From the NCBI GenBank assembly GCA_050260935.1, contig JBLNCU010000180.1, forward strand, positions 1,854 through 65,853: a stretch of 64,000 nt of DNA, in the 5' to 3' direction. The notes under the pieces are model-generated. The model searched no databases. It worked only from the letters and a program-made list of their open reading frames with translations, and was not told where the DNA came from. The stretch is from Bacillota bacterium. Its GTDB lineage: Bacteria > Bacillota > UBA4882 > UBA8346. The position numbers were made by a program, and so were the translations under genes. This document shows, piece after piece, positions 20,369 to 28,016 of this stretch (position 1 is the first letter of the stretch; the number at the start of each line of letters is the position of its first letter).

Positions 20369-21250
20369 ATGGAAAAAATTTTGGCCGGATTTTGGCGGGA
20401 TCTTGATGCCCATATCCGGAAAGCCGGGGGTTACTTCCTGCTGCTTGGTTTATTATGGGGCTTTATCTCTTCCGGGCTTTATTTTTTTGAGGGCTCCCGG
20501 AGCTACTTTGAGATCAAGGCAGTCTGGCAATTTAAAATCATACTAGTAGCGGTGGCTTTTTTAGGCCGGTACCTTCTTTTTTCGCGATACCGGGATTTAA
20601 AACTTATGAAGTGGTTGTTTGTCGTTTTATTCCTAGTTTTTACCGTCATGGTATGTACAATTAAATCATACTGGTTTTATCGCCTGCTTAAAGTGGCGGA
20701 TGCCTTGGCTTGGGTGTTATTGATTACCGTTTGCGCCGAAACCATCGGGGCGTTATTCTATAGTTGGATTAATCTAAAGATAAGCATCGCGGAACTCCCC
20801 GGCCTTTGGAATAGACTCTGGCAGGAACTTACAGCACTGGGGATTTTTTTAACATTACTGGCGGGATTGGCTTACTATTACCTAATCAGTTTTTATTTGG
20901 TGGATTCACTAGCTTACAGCTATTTGCTGGTCGTATTAGTGGCGCTAACCGGCGCAGGCCTGTTCTTAATGATGTTTTCTAAAGTAAACGCTTTTCTTCG
21001 CCGGAAGCTCATCGATCTCGACCGGGAACTCTATCCTTACATGGAATGGGATCTTGTAAGTGAAGATCCCGGCTTAGCCCGGAAATTACTGGCGCTGGAA
21101 TATTTGGTGCTCATCAGGGAAACCGTGGTTAAAATGTGCCGGCCGAGCATACCATTGAAGGTAGTTGGGGGATATGCCGCCTGCGTCGGATTTATCTTAT
21201 ATCTTCCGTATCTTTTCGGGCTGGTCATCGAGGTAGGCTCCTTCAAATAA
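20369..21250 (+). CDS. Polytopic membrane protein, no family recognised
   Basis: 293-aa ORF with about 7-8 hydrophobic segments and coding-like codon structure. I recognise no motif. Confidence 0.5.
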   Translation: MEKILAGFWRDLDAHIRKAGGYFLLLGLLWGFISSGLYFFEGSRSYFEIKAVWQFKIILVAVAFLGRYLLFSRYRDLKLMKWLFVVLFLVFTVMVCTIKSYWFYRLLKVADALAWVLLITVCAETIGALFYSWINLKISIAELPGLWNRLWQELTALGIFLTLLAGLAYYYLISFYLVDSLAYSYLLVVLVALTGAGLFLMMFSKVNAFLRRKLIDLDRELYPYMEWDLVSEDPGLARKLLALEYLVLIRETVVKMCRPSIPLKVVGGYAACVGFILYLPYLFGLVIEVGSFK

Positions 21251-21344
21251 TGAAGGAGTTTTTTATTAAACCGCCAATTTTTTAATTAGGAATAGTGGTG
21301 GCGATTTTAGGGAATATGCCGATATTCTAACTGAGGTGTTGCTG

Positions 21345-21617
21345 ATGATCGAACGCAAAAACTCCGAGGCCGAAGAGAAACGTTATTTTTTTAAGGTAAT
21401 GGGCGATGAATACGTTATCAAAGGAAAGGATGATCCCGCTTACATCAGGGAAGTCATTTCTTACCTGGAGGATGTGGTGGAAGAGATTGCCGTCAACAAC
21501 CCCAAACTAAACAAGTGTCAGGTGGCGGTCCTGGCGGGCTTAAAAATAGCGGATGAATTTCATAAATTGCGTCAAGAATATCAGTATCTGGACCAGTTGC
21601 TGAAAGAAGCAAGGTAG
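21345..21617 (+). CDS. zapA: Cell division protein ZapA
   Basis: About 90 aa with the pattern FKVMGDEYVIKG...YIREV..Y....V........L....VAVLAGLKIADE. Position after pheT and before cvpA matches Firmicute synteny. The ATG at 21345 is better spaced from GAGG than the GTG at 21336. Confidence 0.75.
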   Translation: MIERKNSEAEEKRYFFKVMGDEYVIKGKDDPAYIREVISYLEDVVEEIAVNNPKLNKCQVAVLAGLKIADEFHKLRQEYQYLDQLLKEAR

Positions 21618-21663
21618 TCTTGAATTCTAATATAAGCTCCGGTATTTAGTTGGAGGTTTTGAA

Positions 21664-22476
21664 GTGAATTGGGTTGATTGGGTGATTGCCGCGGTTTTTG
21701 GCTGGTTTATTTTCCGGGGGTTCCGGCGAGGATTTATCCAGCAATTCTTCGATTTGCTGGGAAGTATTTTTGCCATGGTGCTGGGGTTTTATTATTATCA
21801 AAGAGTCGGCGAGTATATCGCGGCCAATTTTCATTTCTCCACGCCGCTTGCCAATGTACTGGGTTTTATCCTAATCGTGGCCGGCATTTGTATGGCGGTG
21901 AGTCTAATTGGGGGTTACTGGCATAAAGTGACCAAGGATGAACCGGTGGCGGTGTTTGACGGAGCCTTTGGCGCAGTTTTGGGCGGGTTTAAAGCCGCCG
22001 TTATTTTGGTAATGGTTTTGTTGATCTTGATAGCCTTGCCGTGGAGCTTTTTTCATGGCCCCATCGAGGTCTCCAGTTTTGCCAACGATCTGCTCCGTTT
22101 GGCTCCTTATTTCTATTTGATTCAGGATCAATCATTGCCGCCGGATATTCCCCGGCTGGTGGTTTCCCCCGAGGGTTTGCAGTTGCGGAGGGTAAAGGGA
22201 AAAAATCTGGAAGGAGCCACCTGTATAGCTTGCGGCGCTAAAGTACGCTATCTCGGTTTTGTCAAAGAGGGTTTGTTTTATTACCCGCAAACCTATTGCC
22301 CAAAATGCCACCGGACCAGCGACGGCTGTTTGACTTTTGAGGGTTATCACATGATCAATGGGGTTTGCCCCTACGCAAAGCTGGGATCCCTGGGAGTAAT
22401 CGATTGCAAAGTCTGGCCCAATATCGAACCTACAACTGTTCATGGAAAATGTCCGGTTTGCGGGAGGAGTCAGTAG
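21664..22476 (+). CDS. cvpA: CvpA (colicin V production) family membrane protein with Cys-rich zinc-ribbon C-terminal extension
   Basis: N-terminal 4-TM CvpA-like region (MNWVDWVIAAVFGWFIFRGFRRGFI). C-terminal about 85 aa carry CIAC, CPKC, CPVC and three more Cys. Confidence 0.7.
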   Translation: MNWVDWVIAAVFGWFIFRGFRRGFIQQFFDLLGSIFAMVLGFYYYQRVGEYIAANFHFSTPLANVLGFILIVAGICMAVSLIGGYWHKVTKDEPVAVFDGAFGAVLGGFKAAVILVMVLLILIALPWSFFHGPIEVSSFANDLLRLAPYFYLIQDQSLPPDIPRLVVSPEGLQLRRVKGKNLEGATCIACGAKVRYLGFVKEGLFYYPQTYCPKCHRTSDGCLTFEGYHMINGVCPYAKLGSLGVIDCKVWPNIEPTTVHGKCPVCGRSQ

Positions 22477-22586
22477 AAAGATTGCTGTCGGAAACTTGGT
22501 AGATACTTTATCTTGTAGCAAATTCAATGGTTTGCTTCTTAATAATGCGCAAAATAAGATTTATCCGGGCAAAAGAAAATAAGAGA

Positions 22587-22615
22587 TTGATCTTTTTATC
22601 ACAAAGTAATATAAT
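22587..22615 (+). promoter_or_regulatory. Sigma-A-type promoter of the hyd maturase operon
   Basis: TTGATC, 17 nt spacer, TATAAT. Confidence 0.55.
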
Positions 22616-22755
22616 AAATCTAAGCAAGGAGTTTTCCGTTGGTGACCGCTAAGATCGGTCATCGCGGCGAACCGCAATTTACATATCTGTTCTTACGCCG
22701 AAGAGTGATCTGAGGCCGGAGAGCATCCCATAAACGTGATATGAACCGGATTCAT

Positions 22756-22795
22756 ACCCTTTTTTGAGATTGTGCTCTCTTAAAAAGGGTTTTTT
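22756..22795 (+). terminator. Intrinsic terminator inside the hydG leader (attenuator candidate)
   Basis: ACCCTTTTTTGAGA-ttgtgc-TCTCTTAAAAAGGGT (about 13 bp) followed by TTTTT. It lies 28 nt upstream of the hydG ATG and before its SD AAAGGAGG. Confidence 0.65.
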
Positions 22796-22823
22796 CAATT
22801 TATTAAAGGAGGTACTTAAGAGA

Positions 22824-24272
22824 ATGAATTTCCTGGAAAAGTACAGAGAGGATTTTGCGGAGTACGATGTCATGGAGAAGGACTTCATCGATGATGAAAA
22901 AATCTGGGGGCAGTTGCGGAAATGGGAACACCCCGGACCGGCGGATGTCCGGCGGGTTTTAGAGAAGGCCGCCGGCAGGGTACGGCTGGAGCCTGAAGAG
23001 ATGGCAATCCTGCTGCAGAACCGGGATCAAGAAACTATTGAAGAGATGTACGCTTTGGCTCACAGGTTGAAACGGGAGATTTACGGGGAACGGATCGTCT
23101 TCTTCGCCCCGCTGTATATCAGCGACAAGTGCGCCAATAATTGTCTTTATTGCGGCTACCGCAGCTCAAACCAGTCAATTCACCGGAAGACCCTTACCAT
23201 GGAGGAGATTGCCCGCGAGGTCGCCATTATGATCAGTGAGGGTCAGAAACGCACCGTACTGGTATACGGAGAATCACCGGAGACCAACATCGATTTTATA
23301 TGTGACACTGTCCGTCAGGTATACAGCGTCAAGAGCGAACACGGGGAAATCCGGCGGGCCAATATCAATTGCGCTCCTTTAAACCGGGATGAGTTGCGGC
23401 AGCTGAAGAAGGCTGGCATCGGCACCTTCCAGGTTTTCCAGGAGACCTATCATCACGAGACATACCGGCGTTTGCATCCGGCCGGTACCATTAAAGGCCA
23501 TTACCGCTGGCGCCTGTACTGCCATGACCGGGCTCTGGACGTCGGGGTTGATGATGTCGGCATTGGGGTTTTATTCGGGCTGTATGACTGGAGATTTGAG
23601 GCCATGGGCCTTCTTTACCACACCATCCACCTGGAGGAAAAGTATAACGGGGTCGGTCCGCACACCATTTCCTTTCCGAGGATTCAACCCGCCCTGGGAA
23701 CGCCATATTCCTTACATCCCGAATATGCGGTAAGCGATGCCGACTTTAAAAAGTTAGTGGCGGTAATCCGTTTATCAGTCCCGTATACCGGCATGATCCT
23801 GACTGCCCGTGAAAGCGAGGCCGTGAGACGGGAGGTTATTCCGCTGGGTGTATCCCAGATCGACGCCGGATCCCGGATCGGGGTCGGCGGTTACCAGGAG
23901 TCGGCGGCTAACGCCATGCCGGACAAGGAGCAGTTTCAATTGGGGGATACCCGTTCCCTGGATGATGTCGTCCGGGAAACCTGCCGGATGGGGGATATTC
24001 CTTCCCTCTGCACCGCCTGCTACCGGAAGGGGCGGACCGGAGAACATTTTATGGGAATTGCCAAATCCAGTTTCGTCCATAATTTTTGCATGCCCAACGC
24101 CATCTGTACTTTAAAAGAGTACTTGCTTGATTATGCCGGCGCCGAGACCCGCCGGGTGGGGGAAGCGATTATTCAAAGGTATCTAGAGCAGATCCAAGAC
24201 CCCAAGACTAAAGAGTTTGTCCAACAAGCCATCCATCGCCTGGAGGAAGGCGAGAGAGATTTGTATGTTTAG
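22824..24272 (+). CDS. hydG: [FeFe]-hydrogenase H-cluster radical SAM maturase HydG
   Basis: ATG after AAAGGAGG. Radical SAM CANNCLYCGYR. ThiH-like core. C-terminal auxiliary cluster motif CTACYRKGRTGEHFM. The track ORF starts 60 nt upstream. Confidence 0.9.
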   Translation: MNFLEKYREDFAEYDVMEKDFIDDEKIWGQLRKWEHPGPADVRRVLEKAAGRVRLEPEEMAILLQNRDQETIEEMYALAHRLKREIYGERIVFFAPLYISDKCANNCLYCGYRSSNQSIHRKTLTMEEIAREVAIMISEGQKRTVLVYGESPETNIDFICDTVRQVYSVKSEHGEIRRANINCAPLNRDELRQLKKAGIGTFQVFQETYHHETYRRLHPAGTIKGHYRWRLYCHDRALDVGVDDVGIGVLFGLYDWRFEAMGLLYHTIHLEEKYNGVGPHTISFPRIQPALGTPYSLHPEYAVSDADFKKLVAVIRLSVPYTGMILTARESEAVRREVIPLGVSQIDAGSRIGVGGYQESAANAMPDKEQFQLGDTRSLDDVVRETCRMGDIPSLCTACYRKGRTGEHFMGIAKSSFVHNFCMPNAICTLKEYLLDYAGAETRRVGEAIIQRYLEQIQDPKTKEFVQQAIHRLEEGERDLYV

Positions 24273-24429
24273 GAATGGTCAGGCAATTCTTCTCCATGTC
24301 TCTGTGTCTCCGTGGCTAAAAAGCAGCTGTAGAGGCACAGGCTTAGAGAGCGGGATTTTTCGTGTTTAAGGCCTTAGGAATCTAATCTTCTTAGAATTCA
24401 AAACAGCATTGTCAAACGGAGGCGTGACG

Positions 24430-25683
24430 ATGAGTGATTTAAACTCGACTCCAGGCTCCTCCCGGTTGCAGATTGCTATCTTCGGGCGGCGCAATGCCGG
24501 GAAATCAAGTCTGATCAATGCCCTAACCCGCCAACCGGTGGCGCTGGTTTCGGATCAGCCGGGCACAACTACTGATCCGGTCGTCAAAGCCATGGAGCTG
24601 CTGCCGCTGGGTCCAGTGGCATTTATCGATACCGCCGGCCTGGATGATCAGGGTCCTCTTGGGGAATTGCGGGTAAAACGGACTTACGAAGTGCTAAACC
24701 GGACTGATCTTGCAGTCGTAGTCCTCGATGGTGAAAGCGGGTTGACCGATTTTGAACAGGAGTTGGTTCAAAGGATTCGCGCCCAAAAAATACCGGTGGT
24801 CGGGGTGATTAACAAGGTTGACAGCCCCGGTTACCTGCCGCAGCGCCGTCAAGAATGGCAACGCCGGCTTCAAATGAACTTGGTTGAAGTCTCCGCCAAC
24901 ACCGGAACCGGTATTGAGGAACTAAAGGCGGGAATTATTCGCCAGGCTCCCCCGGATGGTCAGGAACCCCCTCTCATCGGTGATTTATTTGATCCTGGAG
25001 ATATTATTCTACTGGTGGTGCCAATCGACAAAGCCGCCCCTAAAGGCCGTTTAATCCTGCCCCAGCAACAGGCAATCCGGGACATACTTGATCATAACGG
25101 AATTGCTGTAGTGGCCAAGGAGGACGAGGTGCGGGCGACGTTGAAGAATTTAGCTAAGAAACCGGCGTTGGCAGTCACCGATTCTCAGGTTTTTTCCCAA
25201 GTAGCGGTCGATATCCCCCAAGATATCCCCCTAACTTCTTTCTCGATTTTATTAGCGCGCTATAAAGGTGACTTACCCGAGTTAGTGAAAGGAGTCGGGG
25301 CGGTTGGGCGGCTTAAACCGGGCGACCGGATCTTGATAATGGAAGGTTGCACCCACCACCGGCAAACTGATGATATCGGGACGGTGAAGATCCCCCGTTG
25401 GCTGCAACAGGCGGTCGGGGGGGAGTTGCAGTTTGAATGGGCCAGCGGGCAAAACATTCCCGCCGGGTTAAACCGGTTCCGGCTTATAATACATTGCGGA
25501 GCCTGTATGTTGACCGGAAGGGAGATGTTGTACCGGCTGTCTTTGGCCAAAGAGGAATCGGTCTCAATGGTAAATTACGGGGTATTAATCGCTTATATTT
25601 CGGGTATTTTACCGCGGGCCTTGGCGCCTTTTCCGGAGGTCCGGGAGTTTTTGCCGGAAGAATACAGACATAATTATGTTTGA
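24430..25683 (+). CDS. hydF: [FeFe]-hydrogenase maturation GTPase HydF
   Basis: G1 GRRNAGKSSLINAL, G3 DTAGLDD, G4 NKVD. C-terminal cluster motif CTHHRQ...HCGACM. Confidence 0.9.
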   Translation: MSDLNSTPGSSRLQIAIFGRRNAGKSSLINALTRQPVALVSDQPGTTTDPVVKAMELLPLGPVAFIDTAGLDDQGPLGELRVKRTYEVLNRTDLAVVVLDGESGLTDFEQELVQRIRAQKIPVVGVINKVDSPGYLPQRRQEWQRRLQMNLVEVSANTGTGIEELKAGIIRQAPPDGQEPPLIGDLFDPGDIILLVVPIDKAAPKGRLILPQQQAIRDILDHNGIAVVAKEDEVRATLKNLAKKPALAVTDSQVFSQVAVDIPQDIPLTSFSILLARYKGDLPELVKGVGAVGRLKPGDRILIMEGCTHHRQTDDIGTVKIPRWLQQAVGGELQFEWASGQNIPAGLNRFRLIIHCGACMLTGREMLYRLSLAKEESVSMVNYGVLIAYISGILPRALAPFPEVREFLPEEYRHNYV

Positions 25684-25755
25684 CTATAAAAATGTGAGTC
25701 CGACAAATTGTTTGGATAGGTATTTTAGATTTTTTAAGATTAGGGAGGGTCTATT

Positions 25756-26016
25756 ATGAATAGCGAAAGGCGTTTGGGTGTTATAGCAGTAATTTTAGAA
25801 AACCCCCAGGAGGTTCAGGCGCGGGTAAATAACTTAATTAGCGAGGCCAATGAAATTATCGTCGGCCGGATGGGAATACCCTACCGGGAAAAGAATGTCG
25901 GCATTTTAGCCCTGATCGTCGACGGGGCCGAGGATGCCATCAACACCTTGACCGGAAAACTTGGGAATATTGAAGGAGTAAGCGCCAGAGCGACCATGAA
26001 TAAAAAATCTTCCTAA
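25756..26016 (+). CDS. TM1266-family ACT-like protein (putative iron-only hydrogenase system regulator)
   Basis: 86 aa. RLGVIAVILENPQEVQARVNNLISE...IVGRMGIPYREKNVGILALIVDG, placed between hydF and hydE as is typical for this family. Confidence 0.7.
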   Translation: MNSERRLGVIAVILENPQEVQARVNNLISEANEIIVGRMGIPYREKNVGILALIVDGAEDAINTLTGKLGNIEGVSARATMNKKSS

Positions 26017-26018
26017 AG

Positions 26019-27128
26019 ATGGAGCGAACTATGGAACAAGAGAATATACGGTTTGACAATAATCCGCCTACGCGAACTTTCCCCGGCATTCAATTTGACC
26101 GGACCGATCTGTTGGAGGCGATCGTCAATCCCGGCGGGTTCAAAGCACGGCAATATATCAAGGAGGCCGATGATCTCCGGGCCCGGACAGCCGGAGCCGC
26201 GGTGCATCTCCGGGGATTAATCGAATTCTCCAACTATTGCCGGAATAATTGCTTGTATTGCGGTTTGCGCCGGGACAACCGGCGGTTGAACCGCTACCGG
26301 ATGACCAAAGAAGAGATTCTGGCGGCAGCCAGGTATGGGGCTGAACTTGGTTACAAAACTGTGGTGCTGCAGTCGGGTGAAGATCCCGCCTTTACTGGTG
26401 AGATGATAGCGGAGATTGTCGACGCCATACGCGAATTGGGTTTAGTGGTTACTTTAAGCCTGGGGGAACGGGAGCCGTGGGAATATCGCCTATGGAGAAT
26501 CGCGGGGGCGGAACGTTATTTAATGCGTCATGAAACCGCTGATCCAATCCTCTATGATCGTCTCCACCCCGGTCAAACCTTACTTAAACGGGTCACTTTG
26601 CTGCAAGTGCTTAAAGAATTGGATTACCAGGTAGGAACCGGTTTTATGGTGGGACTCCCCGGACAAACGCCGGAAACGCTTCTGGCCGATCTGGAGCTGG
26701 CCCGGCGGCTTCAAGCGGAGATGGTAGGGATTGGCCCCTTTATCCCGCATCCCGACACCCCACTGGGTCAATCTACCGGCGGGACTGTTGAACAGACTTG
26801 CCTGATGGTAGCTTTGACCAGGCTATCCCTACCTTATGCCCTGATACCGGCGACCACCGCCCTGGGCAGTATCGATCCCCTAGGCCGGGAACTTGCGCTG
26901 CAAGCCGGGGCCAACGTGGTAATGCCGAATCTAACCCCCCGCATTCACCGGGCCGATTATCAGATCTACCCCAATAAAATCTGTCTGGGGGATGAAGCCG
27001 CTGAGTGCCGTGGTTGTATAACTAGGAGGATTGAGGCAATCGGCCGGACGGTGGCCGCCGGGCCCGGTCATCATCCATTCTGGGTAAAACGCCTGGCTGA
27101 GAATCATGTTCGAATTTCTGCCCATTGA
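26019..27128 (+). CDS. hydE: [FeFe]-hydrogenase H-cluster radical SAM maturase HydE
   Basis: Radical SAM CRNNCLYCGLR with a BioB-like fold. An alternative ATG at 26031 has better SD spacing. Confidence 0.9.
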   Translation: MERTMEQENIRFDNNPPTRTFPGIQFDRTDLLEAIVNPGGFKARQYIKEADDLRARTAGAAVHLRGLIEFSNYCRNNCLYCGLRRDNRRLNRYRMTKEEILAAARYGAELGYKTVVLQSGEDPAFTGEMIAEIVDAIRELGLVVTLSLGEREPWEYRLWRIAGAERYLMRHETADPILYDRLHPGQTLLKRVTLLQVLKELDYQVGTGFMVGLPGQTPETLLADLELARRLQAEMVGIGPFIPHPDTPLGQSTGGTVEQTCLMVALTRLSLPYALIPATTALGSIDPLGRELALQAGANVVMPNLTPRIHRADYQIYPNKICLGDEAAECRGCITRRIEAIGRTVAAGPGHHPFWVKRLAENHVRISAH

Positions 27129-27153
27129 CAGGAACTCAACCTTTTGTTATATT
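27125..27153 (+). promoter_or_regulatory. Sigma-A-type promoter of the Gly T-box operon (overlaps hydE stop)
   Basis: TTGACA, 17 nt spacer, TATATT, with a TG extension (TGTTATATT). Confidence 0.55.
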
Positions 27154-27162
27154 CTTAGTGAA

Positions 27163-27355
27163 TTTAATATTGCTGGCGATGAAAAAGAGGATCACTATTT
27201 TAATCCGCCAAGAGAGCCGGGATCTGGTGCGACCCGGCCGGATTGAATCGTGAAGGCGCTTTCGAGCCGGACTTAAGAAGTGGATCCGCAAGGATCAAAC
27301 AGGGTGGAACCGCGGGAAACTCTCGTCCCTGAATAGGGAATGAGGTTTTTTTTTA
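27163..27355 (+). promoter_or_regulatory. Glycine-specific T-box leader (short glyQS type)
   Basis: TTGCTGGCGATGAAAAAGAGG..., specifier region GTGAAGGCGCTTTCGAGC (GGC at 27255..27257), T-box AAACAGGGTGGAACCGCGGGA, terminator CTCGTCCCT-gaat-AGGGAATGAG plus T9. Confidence 0.88.
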
Positions 27356-27374
27356 TTTTTGGGAGGTTATTGCC

Positions 27375-27998
27375 ATTTTCAAATTATTAAAACACGACCG
27401 TGACTATCTATTTTTGATCAGCTTGATTTTTGCCGGCGCCGTTCTTTTAGGGGAATACCTCCCTGAGCTTCAGCCGGGCTTTGCCAAGGTTTTTGAGCGG
27501 GTGGTAAGCGAACGTTTAGCGGAGATAGCCGGTAAACTTAAAAATTTACCTTTTTGGCTTTGGATTATCGAAATTTGGTTAAACAATGTGATGGCCTCTT
27601 TTACGGCTGTATTCTTGGGGCTGTTGTGCCCAGTGTTTTCCCTGCTAATCCTGATGGAAAACGGCATGATTATGGGTTTGTTTCAGCGAAAAATGGAATT
27701 GTTGGGTTTAAGGGCCAACCACTATTACCTCGGCTTAATCCCTCATGGCATCTTTGAAATACCGGCTTTTTTTATAGCGGTGATGATGGGGATGCAATTG
27801 GGAATTGCAATTTACCGGTTGATCGGCCGCCATCTAAAAGGAAAGGGAAGCGACCCGTTTTTCCAGGAGCTTTTTCGGGGAATCAAGGATTACTTATGGC
27901 AAAAAGGCCGGTATTATGCAGGTTTAATTGCAATTTTACTATCGGTGGCCGCTGTTTTGGAGGTAACCGTCAGCCCGATATTGCTAAGACTAAAATAA
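27375..27998 (+). CDS. SpoIIM-like (DUF95) integral membrane protein, probable AUU start
   Basis: Family motif IPHGIFEIPAFFIAVMMG. The in-frame upstream sequence FKLLKHDRDYLFL matches the family N-terminus but has no ATG/GTG/TTG. ATT at 27375 lies 8 nt after GGGAGG. The track start is TTG 27414 with no SD. Confidence 0.7.
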   Translation: MFKLLKHDRDYLFLISLIFAGAVLLGEYLPELQPGFAKVFERVVSERLAEIAGKLKNLPFWLWIIEIWLNNVMASFTAVFLGLLCPVFSLLILMENGMIMGLFQRKMELLGLRANHYYLGLIPHGIFEIPAFFIAVMMGMQLGIAIYRLIGRHLKGKGSDPFFQELFRGIKDYLWQKGRYYAGLIAILLSVAAVLEVTVSPILLRLK

Positions 27999-28016
27999 AT
28001 TTTAGGAGGTTTTTCA

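Noticed and set aside
22622-22755. Tried to read the hydG leader as a T-box (TGGTGACCGC resembles the T-box core) or as a glycine riboswitch (GCCGAAG and GGAGAG present).
   Set aside because: The T-box-like string is at the 5' end of the leader rather than next to the terminator, and no Stem I or specifier architecture is present. The glycine-like strings are in the wrong order and lack the rest of the consensus. The leader is therefore left unclassified.
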